Shown: piece after piece, positions 63,896 through 64,000 of the stretch | How positions within the stretch are numbered: position 1 is the first letter of the stretch | How the letters are laid out: the number at the start of each line of letters is the position of its first letter | NCBI GenBank assembly: GCA_030324005.1 | Contig: JARDVH010000128.1 | Location: forward strand, 14,374,138-14,438,137 | Direction of reading: 5' to 3' | Length of the DNA: 64,000 bases | DNA from: Negaprion brevirostris | Lineage: Eukaryota | Made by a program: the position numbers and the translations under genes | Notes under the pieces: generated by a model | What the model saw: the letters and a program-made list of their open reading frames with translations, nothing else | Told to the model about the DNA's origin: nothing | The model's database searches: none

Positions 63896-64000
63896 GATGT
63901 GCAGGTAGAAACTCTTGCTTTATGTGTATACCAAAAGGTGAGGGGAGAGGGGACTGGGAAGGTGTGTGAAGTGTGAGACATGCCACAGTGACCCTATGAT

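Overview
Vertebrate nuclear DNA from a draft assembly with many N-gaps. The repeat content points to a cartilaginous fish (shark or ray): HE1/V-SINE-type SINEs, CR1/HER1-type LINEs and SacSINE1-like Deu-domain SINEs. The window is mostly intronic or intergenic and rich in decayed retroelements: CR1, L2, Rex1/Babar and Tx1/L1 LINE fragments, about 17 HE1-type SINEs, a Gypsy integrase relic, solo LTRs, Penelope-like termini, MITE-like elements and three minisatellites. No ORF in the supplied track looks like an intact gene. Several short + strand exon candidates with good splice signals (best: 7684-7749 and 27430 onward) suggest the 3' end of a host gene that I could not name, possibly with several alternative C-termini. 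The most interesting signal is a set of minimal hammerhead-ribozyme-like motifs inside palindromic Penelope-like termini, two of them about 100 bp apart at 15.1-15.25 kb. Repeat boundaries were set by eye and are approximate. Family names come from motif recognition, not from database searches.
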